The notes: generated from the sequence alone by a model not told the origin. 64,000 nt of DNA from an uncultured Actinomycetes bacterium (GCA_963778545.1 CAVZUW010000003.1:26365-90364), one strand, 5' to 3'; counted from the stretch's first letter, positions 20,603 through 30,479 are shown. Numbers and translations: made by a program.

Positions 20603-21949
20603 TCAGATGACGTCGAAGTAGCGCCGTCGTTCCCACTCGCCGACGGCGCCGGGGGACAGGAACTGCTCCCACTCCCACCGGCCCGCCTCCGCGTAGTGCG
20701 CCACCACGTCCTTGCCGAACGCCTCGGGCGCGAACGCGCCGTCGCGGAAGCGTTCGACCGCCTCGCCGAGCGTGGTCGGCAGCGGCGCGACCGGGCGCTC
20801 GAAGTCGGCGCCCATCAGCGGCTCGCCAGGCTCCGCGTCGGTCTCGATCCCGTCTCGAGCCGAGGCGAGCAGCGCAGCGATCGCGAGATAGGGATCCACG
20901 TCGGCGCCGGGCACGCGCCACTCGAGCCGGGTGGACTCGGGCGATTCGGTGAGCACGCGGCACGAGACCATGCGGCTGTCGAACCCCCACGACAGCCCGT
21001 TGCCCGAGAACTCGCCGCTCGTCGTCCGGCGGTACGAGTTCACCGTGGGCGCGTAGAACGGCATGAGCTCGGGCGCGCGTTGCAGCACACCGCCGATCGC
21101 GTGACGGAGCGTCGTCGAGATCCCGTCGCCGTCCTCCGCGTCGTGGAACACGTTGCGGCCGTCGCCGTCGACGAGCGAGAGATGCAGATGGCACGACGAG
21201 CCGGTCGTATCGGCGAACGGCCGCGCCATGAACGTGACCGCCATGCCGGCGTTCGACGCGAGCGTGCGCATCGCGAGCTTGAAGAGCAGGTGCCGGTCGG
21301 CCATCTCGAGCGCCCGCTGGTACTCGAGGTTGATCTCCCACTGGCCGAGGCCCCACTCGACCTGGCTGGTCCACGGTCCGAGCTCCGAGGCGGCGAGCGC
21401 GTCCCGAACGCCCGAGAAGAAGCCCTCGTACCGGTCGCCCGCCTGGATCGTGTAGTCGGCTCGGGCGAGCGTGGTGGGGACGAGCGTCTCGTAGCCGTTC
21501 GCGCGACCCTCGTCGTAGCTGCCGTGGTACAGCGCGAACTCGAGCTCGCTCGCGACCTGCGCGGTCAGGCCGGACTCGGCGAGTCGCTCGACCTGCCGCC
21601 GAAGGATCGTTCGCGGCGCCACCGGCGCGAGCTCGTCCGAACCCATCTCGGCGAAGTCGGCCACGCAGATCGCCGTGCGTTCGAGCCAGGCGGCCGGCCG
21701 CAGCGTCCCCAGGTCCGGGACGAGCCGGACGTCGTGCCACCCGGTGTGGTGCCCGGTGTACTCCTGCACGGGACCCGGCCACTGGTCGACGTCCCAGCCG
21801 AGGACGCAGGAGCTCAGCGGGATCCCCTCGTGCACGACCCTGCGGAACACGTCGACCGACACGCGCTTGCCGACCGGGCGCCCGGTCACGTCCGCCGAGG
21901 TCACGATCACCGTCCCGAACCCGTCCAGATCTGTGAGCTCGAGCGTCAT
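20603..21949 (-). CDS. Glutamine synthetase family protein (type III / gamma-glutamyl-amine ligase-like catalytic domain)
   Basis: 448 aa from ATG 21949 (MTLELTDLDGFGT...). GS catalytic motifs (SCHLHLSL, NSYRR). ATGA overlap with the upstream SDR gene. Confidence 0.85.
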   Translation of the reverse strand: MTLELTDLDGFGTVIVTSADVTGRPVGKRVSVDVFRRVVHEGIPLSSCVLGWDVDQWPGPVQEYTGHHTGWHDVRLVPDLGTLRPAAWLERTAICVADFAEMGSDELAPVAPRTILRRQVERLAESGLTAQVASELEFALYHGSYDEGRANGYETLVPTTLARADYTIQAGDRYEGFFSGVRDALAASELGPWTSQVEWGLGQWEINLEYQRALEMADRHLLFKLAMRTLASNAGMAVTFMARPFADTTGSSCHLHLSLVDGDGRNVFHDAEDGDGISTTLRHAIGGVLQRAPELMPFYAPTVNSYRRTTSGEFSGNGLSWGFDSRMVSCRVLTESPESTRLEWRVPGADVDPYLAIAALLASARDGIETDAEPGEPLMGADFERPVAPLPTTLGEAVERFRDGAFAPEAFGKDVVAHYAEAGRWEWEQFLSPGAVGEWERRRYFDVI

Positions 21950-23511
21950 CGGGTCAGCCACCCCCCGTCGACCGGCAGCAGCGCGCCGGTGATGAACGAC
22001 GCGTCGTCCGAGAGCAGGAACGAGATCGCCGCGGCGACGTCCTCGGGTTCGCCGACGCGGGGGACCAGGAGCCGGTCCTTCATCGAGGCCCACGCCTCGG
22101 GCGAACGCAGGTCGGCGCCGGGGATGAACGAGGTCGCGATCGGTCCCGGCGCGACCGCGTTGACGCGGATGCCGCGGTCGGCGAGCTCGACCGCGAGCGC
22201 CTTCGTCAGCATCTTCACGCCGCCCTTCGATGCGTTGTAGTGCACCTGCGGGTGGCCCGTGGAGGCGACCACGACCTCGGACTCGATCGTCGCGAGGTTC
22301 ACGATCGCCCCGCCGCCCGCGCTCGCGATCACCGGCGCGATCGCCTGCGTCACCAGGTACATCCCCTTGAGGTTCGTGTCCAGGACGAGGTCCCATTCGT
22401 CCTCGGCGAGCTCGTCGAGCGTCGACATCCGGACGAGGCCGGCGTTGTTCACGAGGTAGTCGATGTGCCCGAACGCGTTCACCGCGCCGTCGCGAGCGCT
22501 CTCGATCTCGGAGCGATCGCGCACGTCGGCGTCGAACGCCACGCCGGTCCCGCCGCCGTCCGCGATCGCCGCCACCGTCTCCTCGGCCGCCTCGAGCTGG
22601 ATGTCGACCACGGCCACCGCGGCGCCCTGCGACGCCAGCCGGAGCGCGGTGGCGCGGCCGATGCCGGAACCGGCGCCGGTGATCATCGCGATCTTCTCCG
22701 AATGGTCGAAGCTCACTGGCAGCTCCTGCTGGTACGCGACCTCGGTGAGGTCCATCGCGAGCCCGCCGCCGTCGGCGACGAGCGAGGTCCCGGTGACGAT
22801 CGACGACTCGTCGCTCGCGAGGAACAGGCAGCACGCCGCGATCTCGTCGGCGGTCGCCGGTCGACGGAGCGGGGTGTACTTGGTCACGAGGGCGTAGGCC
22901 TCGTCGAGCGAGATCCCGCGTTCGGTCACCAGGTCCTCCATCGCGCGATCGCCCATCTCGGTGATCACCCAGCCCGGACAGATGGCGTTCGCGCGGATGC
23001 CCTTCGGGCCGTAGTCGACGGCGATCGAACGCGCGAGCCCGTTCATGGCCGCCTTCGAGGTGCCGTAGGCGGCGCTCTCGGTGCCGCTCACGAACGCGTT
23101 CACGCTCGAGATCAGGACGATCGAGCCGCCGCCGCGTTCGATCAGCGGTGGGATCGCGGCCCGCGCGAGCCGGAACGCTCCGGTCAGGTTCACGTCGAGC
23201 GTCCTCTGCCAGCGCTCGTCGTCGACGTCCGCCGCGGCCCCGCCGAACCCCAGACCCGCGTTGGCGACCACGACGTCGAGCCCGCCGAACGCCTCGACCG
23301 CCGTCGCGACCGCCGCGCGGACGTGCCCGTCGTCCGCCGTGTCGCCGGCGAAGGCGAGGCCGCCGGTCTCGGCGGCGACCTCCTCGAGCGGCTCGGCGCG
23401 GCGGCCCGTCACGACGACCTTCGCGCCCTCCCGCGCGAAGAGCCGAGCCGCGGCGGCGCCGATCCCGGTCCCGCCCCCGCTGACGATCGCCACCTTGCCC
23501 TCGAGCCGCAT
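21946..23511 (-). CDS. Fused tandem short-chain dehydrogenase/reductase (two complete SDR domains in one reading frame)
   Basis: ATG 23511 with a GGAGG RBS. Domain 1 has TGGGTGIG...YGTSK. Domain 2 starts around MDLTEV...ITGAGSGIG...YNASK (internal ATG 22755). There is no stop between the domains. Confidence 0.75.
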   Translation of the reverse strand: MRLEGKVAIVSGGGTGIGAAAARLFAREGAKVVVTGRRAEPLEEVAAETGGLAFAGDTADDGHVRAAVATAVEAFGGLDVVVANAGLGFGGAAADVDDERWQRTLDVNLTGAFRLARAAIPPLIERGGGSIVLISSVNAFVSGTESAAYGTSKAAMNGLARSIAVDYGPKGIRANAICPGWVITEMGDRAMEDLVTERGISLDEAYALVTKYTPLRRPATADEIAACCLFLASDESSIVTGTSLVADGGGLAMDLTEVAYQQELPVSFDHSEKIAMITGAGSGIGRATALRLASQGAAVAVVDIQLEAAEETVAAIADGGGTGVAFDADVRDRSEIESARDGAVNAFGHIDYLVNNAGLVRMSTLDELAEDEWDLVLDTNLKGMYLVTQAIAPVIASAGGGAIVNLATIESEVVVASTGHPQVHYNASKGGVKMLTKALAVELADRGIRVNAVAPGPIATSFIPGADLRSPEAWASMKDRLLVPRVGEPEDVAAAISFLLSDDASFITGALLPVDGGWLTR

Positions 23512-23574
23512 CTCGCCTCCTCGATGGGCATAGTCTGCCCTACCGGCGGTCGATGAGCGCGGGGAGGTCGGTGC

Positions 23575-24162
23575 GTGGCGAACATGCAACCGCTGCGGCG
23601 CGAGGAGCACCCGGAGCTCGAGGAGCTCTTCCGGCTGTACGACGACACGTTGTCGTTCGTCCCGAACAGCCTGTTCACGATGGCCCGCCGCCCCGAGATC
23701 CTCCGGGCGTTCAGCGAGCTGATCACCCAGATCTGGCGGACGGGCACGGTCCCGGTCGGGCTGAAGCCGCTCGTCGCGATCGTGGCGAGCACCGCGGCGG
23801 GCTGCCGGTACTGCCAGGCGCACGAGACCGTCGACGCGAAGATGCGCGGGGTCGACGAGGTCAAGATCGCCGAGATCTGGGACTTCGAACGCTCACCGCG
23901 CTACTCGGAGGCCGAGCGCGCAGCGCTGCGGTTCGCGCGCGACGCGAGCGTCGTCCCCAACGCCGTCACGCCCGAGCACTTCGAGGACCTCCGCGAGCAC
24001 TGGGACGACGGCGAGATCGTCGAGATCCTCGCGGTCGTCGGTCTGTTCGGTTTCCTGAACCGCTGGAACGACTCGATGGCGACCGACCTCGAGGAGATCC
24101 CCACCGTGTTCGCCGGGCGGACGATCGGGGCCCACGGGTGGGAGCCGGGGAAGCACGGATGA
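23575..24162 (+). CDS. Carboxymuconolactone decarboxylase / AhpD-like family protein
   Basis: 195 aa. AhpD-core CxxxH-type motif (GCRYCQAHE). Confidence 0.75.
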   Translation: MANMQPLRREEHPELEELFRLYDDTLSFVPNSLFTMARRPEILRAFSELITQIWRTGTVPVGLKPLVAIVASTAAGCRYCQAHETVDAKMRGVDEVKIAEIWDFERSPRYSEAERAALRFARDASVVPNAVTPEHFEDLREHWDDGEIVEILAVVGLFGFLNRWNDSMATDLEEIPTVFAGRTIGAHGWEPGKHG

Positions 24163-25337
24163 CGTTCGGCGAGCAGATCACCCTCGAGGAGCTCGAGCGG
24201 GACCCGTACCCGATCTACGCGCGCCTGCGCGACGAGGAGCCGGTCGCGTGGGTTCCGGCGGTGCAGCTGTGGCTCGTCACGCGGTACGAGGACGTCCGGA
24301 CGGTCGACCTGTCGCCCGAGGCGTTCACGGCCGCGACCGACCCCTCGACGCTGAACCGCACGATGGGCGTCAACATGCTCGGCTCCGAGGGCCCGGACCA
24401 GCAGCGGGTCCGGCGCGTGGTCGAGCCGCCGTTCCGCCCGCGCGACGTCGAGGAGCGGACGAAGGGGATGATCCCGGCGCTCGCGAACGAGCTGATCGAC
24501 GGCTTCGAGGCGCGGGGGGAGGCCGACCTGTTCACCGAGTTCGCCGACCCGATGAGCGTGCGCTCGCTCCGGTTCATGCTCGGGCTCGACGAGGTCGCGT
24601 GGGAGGACCTCCTGCGCTGGAACCAGGGCCTGATGCTCGGGCTCGCGAACTTCGAGGGCGACCCAGCCAAGCAGGCGCCGGCCGACCAGGCGAGTGCGTC
24701 GCTGTCCGAGGTGATCGACCGCGTCCTGGACCGGCTCGCGGACGAGCCCGACGGCTCCGTGCTTTCCGCGATGCTCCACCACGATCGGGACGGCGACCGC
24801 ATGTCACGCGAGGAGATCGTCGCGAACACCAAGCTGATGCTCTCGGGCGGGCTGCAGGAGCCGCGTGACGTGATCGCACTCGTGCTCCACGCGCTCGGCT
24901 CGAACCCCGAGCAGCTCGAGGAGGTTCGCGCGGACCGGCGGCTCGTCAAGCCGGCGGTCGAGGAGACGCTGCGGTGGGCGGGACCCGTCGGCACGTCGAC
25001 GCGGCAGACGACCGAGACGACCGAGCTCGCGGGCGTGAAGCTCGAGGAGGGCGCGCTGATCGGCGCGGTGCTCTCGAGCGCGAACCGCGACCCTCGCCGG
25101 TTCACGGATCCCGACCGGTTCGACGTCCACCGAAAGGAGGGCGCGCACCTGGCGTTCGCGGTCGGGAATCACTTCTGCCTCGGCGCGTGGTTCGGGCGGC
25201 ATCTCGCGCGCGTCTCGCTCGAGATCCTGCTCGACCGACTGCCGGGTCTGCGGCTCGACCCCGACCGCCCGGCGACGTTGTCGGGTTGGGAGTTCCGAGC
25301 CCCGGATTCCACCTGGGCCCGCTGGGATCGCAGCTAG
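24159..25337 (+). CDS. Cytochrome P450
   Basis: 392 aa. EETLRW (ExxR) and haem-ligand loop FAVGNHFCLGAWFGR. ATGA overlap with the upstream AhpD-like gene. Confidence 0.9.
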   Translation: MTFGEQITLEELERDPYPIYARLRDEEPVAWVPAVQLWLVTRYEDVRTVDLSPEAFTAATDPSTLNRTMGVNMLGSEGPDQQRVRRVVEPPFRPRDVEERTKGMIPALANELIDGFEARGEADLFTEFADPMSVRSLRFMLGLDEVAWEDLLRWNQGLMLGLANFEGDPAKQAPADQASASLSEVIDRVLDRLADEPDGSVLSAMLHHDRDGDRMSREEIVANTKLMLSGGLQEPRDVIALVLHALGSNPEQLEEVRADRRLVKPAVEETLRWAGPVGTSTRQTTETTELAGVKLEEGALIGAVLSSANRDPRRFTDPDRFDVHRKEGAHLAFAVGNHFCLGAWFGRHLARVSLEILLDRLPGLRLDPDRPATLSGWEFRAPDSTWARWDRS

Positions 25338-25546
25338 ATCGAGCACGAGGTTAAGGCTGGGTCAAGGATCCGGAGTGCGCGAACGCCGGAGGGAGCAACA
25401 CGGGGAGCGGAAGCGGTTCGGGCTCCGGCTCCGGCTAGGGGGGAAGGGAGGCTTCCCCGCCAGGTTGAGCCGTGCGGAAGTCGCGCCCTCTCGCGGGTTC
25501 GACCGTGCCCTCCAAGTCGGGCAAACGGGCAGGGGCCCGGGACGTC

Positions 25547-25585
25547 CCCGAACCCCTGCCCGTGCTGCGGTGCGATCGGCCTGCA
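25547..25585. terminator. Bidirectional hairpin (GGGCAGGGG...CCCCTGCCC) between the convergent P450 and secreted cupin genes
   Basis: 9-bp GC stem with a 17-nt loop, read directly in the sequence. Confidence 0.4.
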
Positions 25586-25597
25586 GCGTCGGCGGCC

Positions 25598-26063
25598 CTA
25601 CGTGACGTCGCAGTCCTCCGGCTGCGGCTGGTCGATCCGGGGACTACCGTCGGTCGGCACCTTGAAGAACACCACTCCGAGTTCGACGGGCTCCGTGGTC
25701 TCGTTCCGCCCGACGTGAACGGTCGATCGGGAGCTCCACGAACGCGTCCCCTGGTTCGTAGACCAGCGGGGCGCAGTCCTCCGCGTGGTACACGGTGAAG
25801 GTGCCCGACTTGACGGTCACGAGCGTCCGGCCCGGATGTGTGTGCCAACCGGTCGACGAGTTCGGTCCGAACGTGAAACTCGCCACGACGGTGTTCGTGT
25901 TGGGTTTGGCGCGGAACTCGAACTTCTCCTCGGTCGCCCCCGCTCCCAGCACCTCGGAAACAACGGAGCCGGTTGGCCCTGTCGCGATCGCCACGCCGGA
26001 GAGCGTGAGCGACACGGCCATGATCGAAAGAGCGACCACCCACTTGCTGCGGTACTTCATCAT
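25598..26063 (-). CDS. Secreted cupin-domain protein (GWHTHPG family) with a +1 frameshift near 25715-25730
   Basis: Signal peptide MMKYRSKWVVALSIMAVSLTLSGVAIA. Cupin core ...GWHTHPGRTLVTVKSGTFTVYHAEDC...GDAFVELPID. After the shift the frame reads VHVGRNETTEPVELGVVFFKVPTDGSPRIDQPQPEDCDVT and ends at the TAG whose complement is at 25598-25600. Confidence 0.65.
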
Positions 26064-26308
26064 CGTTCCTCCCTCCTCGGATTTCGCGTGATACGCCGAT
26101 CCGCGAGCGCTCCGCCCGTTGTGCGTCCTCCTTCCCTCCGTCGCCGTTTGACTGTCCTCCCGAGGTGAACCGCGGGAGGCTCGGGAGCGATGCGGAGCTC
26201 GAGCTCGCGACCATTCCAGTCGGCGGGCCGCCTCCGCGCTACCGTGCCAGCACGGCAGTCAGTTCACGACCGCATGGCTGGTCTCAAGCGGACTAATCTT
26301 TGGATCCG

Positions 26309-27442
26309 ATGCACCTGCCACGCCGCCCCGCCCGCGCCGAGGTCGTCGGTTCTCTCCTGCGGCCGACCGCTCTACGAGAGGCCATCGACACCTTCTACGA
26401 GCGGGGGCATTCGGCCGTCCTGGATGAGGAGCGCGAGAAGGATCGGACCGCGCTCCGTGAGATCGAGGACGAAGCCATCCGTGGAGCCGTCCAGCGGCAG
26501 ATCGATCTCGGCTTGGATGTTGTTACGGACGGCGAGTTCCGGCGATGGATGTTCATGAACTCGTTCTACGACGCGGTGTCGGGGATCCGGACGGGCAAGA
26601 CCGTGACCTTTCGGAACGACCGTGGCGAGGACGTCGAGCTCGCCGTCCACGAGGTCGTCGAACCCCTCAAGCAGGTCGATTCCCCTGCCGCTCGGGAGGC
26701 AGCGTTCATGGCGAGTGTGACGGCCGGGCATCCCTTCAAGGTCACGCTGCCAGCCGCTTCCATCTTCCTGCACCCGTTCACGACCGTGACGCCGGCATAC
26801 CCGTCGGTGGACGAGTTCGCCGCCGAGGCGATCCGTATCGAGCAGCGGCTCGTTCAGGACATCCTCTTTGCCGCGCCGGATATCCGATTGCAGTTCGACT
26901 TCCCGCTCTACCCCTACCTCGTCGACCCGGCGTGGGTCGAGCGCTTCGAGGCGCGCGGTCATCGCCTGGCCGATCTGGTCGACGCTGCGGTGGCAGCCGA
27001 CACCGCGGTGCTCGAGGGCATCCCCGACGACGTGACCGTGGCGCTCCACATCTGCCGCGGGAACTACCGCTCGTCGTGGATGTGCGAGGGCTCGCTCGAA
27101 CCGGTCGCCGAGCGCGTGTTCGGCGAGCTCCCCTACGACGCTTTCCTGGTCGAGTGGGACGACCTCGGTCGCGACGGCGGGTTCGAGCCCGTGCGGTTCC
27201 TCAGGAAGGGTTCCACGATGGTCATGGGGATCGTCTCGACCAAGACGCCGACGCTCGAGGACGAGGAAGAGCTCGTGCAGAAGATGGAGGCGGCGGCGAG
27301 CCACGTCGGCGGGATGGAACGGCTCGCGATCAGCCCGCAGTGCGGGTTCGCGAGCGTGATGGTGGGCAACGAGATCGACGAGGACGCGCAGTGGCGCAAG
27401 CTCGAGCTCATAGCCCGCGTCGCCGATCGGATCTGGGGTTAA
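26309..27442 (+). CDS. Cobalamin-independent methionine synthase catalytic-domain family protein (MetE C-terminal-like, Meth_synt_2)
   Basis: 377 aa. Motifs HICRGNYRS and ISPQCGF are typical of the MetE-like UroD/MetE fold. Confidence 0.75.
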   Translation: MHLPRRPARAEVVGSLLRPTALREAIDTFYERGHSAVLDEEREKDRTALREIEDEAIRGAVQRQIDLGLDVVTDGEFRRWMFMNSFYDAVSGIRTGKTVTFRNDRGEDVELAVHEVVEPLKQVDSPAAREAAFMASVTAGHPFKVTLPAASIFLHPFTTVTPAYPSVDEFAAEAIRIEQRLVQDILFAAPDIRLQFDFPLYPYLVDPAWVERFEARGHRLADLVDAAVAADTAVLEGIPDDVTVALHICRGNYRSSWMCEGSLEPVAERVFGELPYDAFLVEWDDLGRDGGFEPVRFLRKGSTMVMGIVSTKTPTLEDEEELVQKMEAAASHVGGMERLAISPQCGFASVMVGNEIDEDAQWRKLELIARVADRIWG

Positions 27443-27521
27443 CGCCCTCGCGTTACCTCGTCCGTCGGAGCAGCGCGAGGACCCTACACTTGGCCGTACC
27501 ACAACCTTGCCGGCGGTGCGC

Positions 27522-28217
27522 ATGCAGGACGACCTCAACATCGAGATCGCGGGGACCCTTTCCGAAGGGGAAGGCAAGGATGCGCACGCGCGATCTCCGA
27601 AAACCGGCTGGGAGGAGGTCGTCGAGATCCTGGAGGCGTTCCTCCTCGCCTTCGTCGCGATCGCGACCGCGTGGAGCGGGTATCAGGCGGCGAGGTGGGA
27701 CGGCCGTGAAGCGGAGCTCTACGCGCAGGCCTCGACGATCCGTGTTCGTGCGGACCAGATCCTGACGCTCGGGGGACAGCAGCGCCTGCTCGACGTCACC
27801 ACGTTCAACACGTGGATCGAAGCACGGTTCGAGGGTCGAACGGAGCTGATGGCGCTGTACGAACGTCGCTTCAGCCCCGAGTACAAGGTCGCATTCGATG
27901 CCTGGCTCGCGACCGAGCCGTTCTCGAACCCGGAGGCTCCGCCCGGGCCCAGCTTCATGCCCGAGTACGTCAACCCCCAGCTCGAGCGGGGAGCGGCGAT
28001 GAACGAACTGGCCGCACGCAGGTTCGAGGAGGGAACGATCGCGAGGGGCCACGCCGACGATTACATCCGGACGACCGTGATGCTCGCGACGGTGCTGTTC
28101 CTCATCGCGCTCTCGCAGCGGTTCAGGGTCCGGCGCGTTCGCTACGGCGTCCTCGGGGTGGCGGGCGGACTGATGATCTTCGGGCTCGTGACGATCCTCA
28201 CGTTCCCCCGCCTGTGA
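27522..28217 (+). CDS. Hypothetical membrane protein (DUF4337-like). N-terminal amphipathic region plus a C-terminal TM helix
   Basis: ORF 27507-28217. ATG at codon 6. C-terminal hydrophobic helix TTVMLATVLFLIALS and a second helix GVAGGLMIFGLVTILTF. Confidence 0.5.
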   Translation: MQDDLNIEIAGTLSEGEGKDAHARSPKTGWEEVVEILEAFLLAFVAIATAWSGYQAARWDGREAELYAQASTIRVRADQILTLGGQQRLLDVTTFNTWIEARFEGRTELMALYERRFSPEYKVAFDAWLATEPFSNPEAPPGPSFMPEYVNPQLERGAAMNELAARRFEEGTIARGHADDYIRTTVMLATVLFLIALSQRFRVRRVRYGVLGVAGGLMIFGLVTILTFPRL

Positions 28218-28243
28218 GTTCCGAGACCGGTAGCATCCGAACG

Positions 28244-29656
28244 ATGACCGAGGCCGACGTCCCGCTGCGGCTCGACGCCCCGCGCGAGGAGGTGCTCGAG
28301 CACGCGGCCAAGCTCGTCGCGGAGGCCTGGCAGAGCTTCGACCGGTACCGGCCCGAGGAGCCCCCGCTCGACGAACGCGTCCGCCGGCTCCTGCAGACCG
28401 AGCTCCCGACGACGCCCGGTTCGGCGCACGAGGCCGTCGACGATGCCGCCCGGATCCTCGACGAGTCGATCGCGCAGCCGCGGCCGCGGTACTTCGTCGG
28501 GGTGGGTTCGAGCGGTCTGGAGATCGGGACGATCGGCGATCTGCTCGCGCACACCTACGACATCAACCTCGCGGTCGACGCGCGCGCCGCGACGCTGATC
28601 GAGAAGCAGGCGGTCCGGTGGGCGGCCGAGTTCATCGGGTACGCGCCCGACGCCGCCGGTGCGTTCACGAGCGGCGGGACCGTCTCGAACACGACCGCGC
28701 TCGCCGCGGCGCGCGAACACGCGCTGCCCGGCTCGCGGTACGAGGGGCTCGGCGGCAAGCGCGTGGCGATCTACTGCTCGCAGGAGGTGCACTACTCGGT
28801 CACCCGGGCCGTCGAGACGCTCGGCGTCGGCTCGGCGAACCTGCGGGCGATCCCCCTCGGGGCCGAACGCGGGCTCGAACCCGATGCCCTCGCCGGGGCG
28901 ATCGACCGGGATCTCGCGGACGGCGTGACGCCGATCGCGGTGGTCGCGACCGCCGGTACGACGCTCACCGGTGCGATCGATCCGCTCGAGGCGATCGCGG
29001 ACATCTGCGAGGAGCGCGGGGTGTGGTTCCACGTCGACGGCGCGTACGGGCTGCCCGCGGTCGCCGCGCGCCCGGAGCTCTTCGCGGGGTTCGAGCGCGC
29101 GCACTCGGTCGCGGTCGACGCCCACAAGTGGCTCTACCTGCCGAAGGCGTGCGGGGTCCTCCTGGTGCGGAACCAGGAGGACCTGGTGGCGTCGTTCGGG
29201 CACGAGCAGGGGTACCTGCCGCACCAGCGGCACGAGCTCCACGCGATGGACACGACCTTCGAGTACTCCAGGCCCTTCCGCGCGCTGAAGTTCTGGCTGG
29301 CGATGCGGGTGCACGGGGCCGCGGCGTTCGCCGAGGCGATCGAACGCAACCTGGCCCAGGCGCAGCTCCTGTACGACACGGTGTCGGCGCGGGACGACTT
29401 CGAGGCGCTCGGGCCGCCGAAGCTGTCGATCGTCGCGTTCCGTCACGCTCCCGCGAGCGCCGGCGACGTCGGCGCGCACAACGAGCGGCTGGCCGAGGCG
29501 ATCCAGGCCGACGGGCGCGTCTGGATGTCGAGCGCGCTGATCGACGGCGAGGTCTGGCTCCGGCCGTGCTTCGTGAACTTCCGAACCACCGAGGAGGACG
29601 TGCTCGACGTGGTCGAGATCGCCGCCGAGATCGGCGAACGCCTCGCCACCGTTTGA
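28244..29656 (+). CDS. Group II PLP-dependent amino-acid decarboxylase (DABA/tyrosine/glutamate decarboxylase-like)
   Basis: 470 aa from ATG 28244. Motifs TSGGTVSNTTAL and SVAVDAHKWLYLPKACG (PLP lysine). Confidence 0.85.
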   Translation: MTEADVPLRLDAPREEVLEHAAKLVAEAWQSFDRYRPEEPPLDERVRRLLQTELPTTPGSAHEAVDDAARILDESIAQPRPRYFVGVGSSGLEIGTIGDLLAHTYDINLAVDARAATLIEKQAVRWAAEFIGYAPDAAGAFTSGGTVSNTTALAAAREHALPGSRYEGLGGKRVAIYCSQEVHYSVTRAVETLGVGSANLRAIPLGAERGLEPDALAGAIDRDLADGVTPIAVVATAGTTLTGAIDPLEAIADICEERGVWFHVDGAYGLPAVAARPELFAGFERAHSVAVDAHKWLYLPKACGVLLVRNQEDLVASFGHEQGYLPHQRHELHAMDTTFEYSRPFRALKFWLAMRVHGAAAFAEAIERNLAQAQLLYDTVSARDDFEALGPPKLSIVAFRHAPASAGDVGAHNERLAEAIQADGRVWMSSALIDGEVWLRPCFVNFRTTEEDVLDVVEIAAEIGERLATV

Positions 29657-29714
29657 GGGACGCCCGCCCGTCTAGACTGCTCACGCTGAACACACGGAGG
29701 GGAGCTCACCGGAG

Positions 29715-30209
29715 ATGACCGAGCCGTTGGTCGGTGTCGTGATGGGGTCGGCGTCCGATTGGGACACGATGCAACACTGCGCCCAGCAGCTGGAGGCGTT
29801 CGGCGTCCCGTTCGAGACCCGGGTGCTCTCGGCACACCGGACGCCGAAGGAGCTCGCGGCCTGGATCGAGGACGCCGAGTCCCGTGGCGTCGAGGTCTTC
29901 ATCGCCGCCGCGGGCATGGCGGCCGCGCTCCCCGGCGTCGTCGCCGCCCACACCACCAGACCCGTGCTCGGGGTGCCGATGGAGTCCAAGCTCGCGGGCG
30001 GGCTCGACTCGCTGCTCTCGATGGTGCAGATGCCGGGCGGGATCCCGGTCGGCGTGCTCGCCGTCGGCAAAGCCGGAGCGGTGAACGCGGCGATCCTCGC
30101 GACCCAGGTGCTCGCACGCTCGCAGCCCGGGTTGGACGAGGCCGTGCGGAAGCACCGTGAGGCCAAGGCGGCCGAGATCCTGGCCAACCTCGATCCTTCC
30201 GAGGCTTGA
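29715..30209 (+). CDS. purE: 5-(carboxyamino)imidazole ribonucleotide mutase
   Basis: 164 aa. GVVMGSASDW, AHRTP and GVPMESK motifs. Confidence 0.9.
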   Translation: MTEPLVGVVMGSASDWDTMQHCAQQLEAFGVPFETRVLSAHRTPKELAAWIEDAESRGVEVFIAAAGMAAALPGVVAAHTTRPVLGVPMESKLAGGLDSLLSMVQMPGGIPVGVLAVGKAGAVNAAILATQVLARSQPGLDEAVRKHREAKAAEILANLDPSEA

Positions 30210-30212
30210 CCG

Positions 30213-30479
30213 GTGGCCTACCTGACGTGTCCGTGGTGCCTCACGCCGCAGCTGATCGCTGACGAAGCGCCCGAGTACCGGTGCTACACGTGCGCCGCCG
30301 AGGTCCGGTTCTTCAAGTGCCCGAACTGCTCCCTCGTGCAGACCGTGAGCAAGCAGTGGCGGATGTTCACCTGCGGCAAGTGCGACACGAAGCAGGACCT
30401 GCCGTTCCGCTGGGGCTACGATCGGGCGTCGACGGCGGTACGTGTCGAGGGGACCGGGAAATCCTGGCCCCCGTTGTGA
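30213..30479 (+). CDS. Small zinc-ribbon protein (four CxxC pairs)
   Basis: 88 aa. CPWC...CYTC...CPNC...CGKC. GTG start 4 nt after the purE stop. Confidence 0.5.
   Translation: MAYLTCPWCLTPQLIADEAPEYRCYTCAAEVRFFKCPNCSLVQTVSKQWRMFTCGKCDTKQDLPFRWGYDRASTAVRVEGTGKSWPPL

Noticed and set aside
19253-22240. 995-aa plus-strand ORF beginning MSGGGGGAVRPRL
   Set aside because: Its start overlaps the 12-bp terminator hairpin. Most of it is antisense to the GS-like gene. Only the short LVLILSENHTLDPG segment might belong to the LLM gene N-terminus (noted there).
26064-26308. Possible SAM or cobalamin riboswitch upstream of the MetE-like gene
   Set aside because: I could not recognise the conserved S-box/SAM-IV or B12-box cores by eye. 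The region is probably a plain 5' UTR or promoter, and an Rfam scan would be needed.
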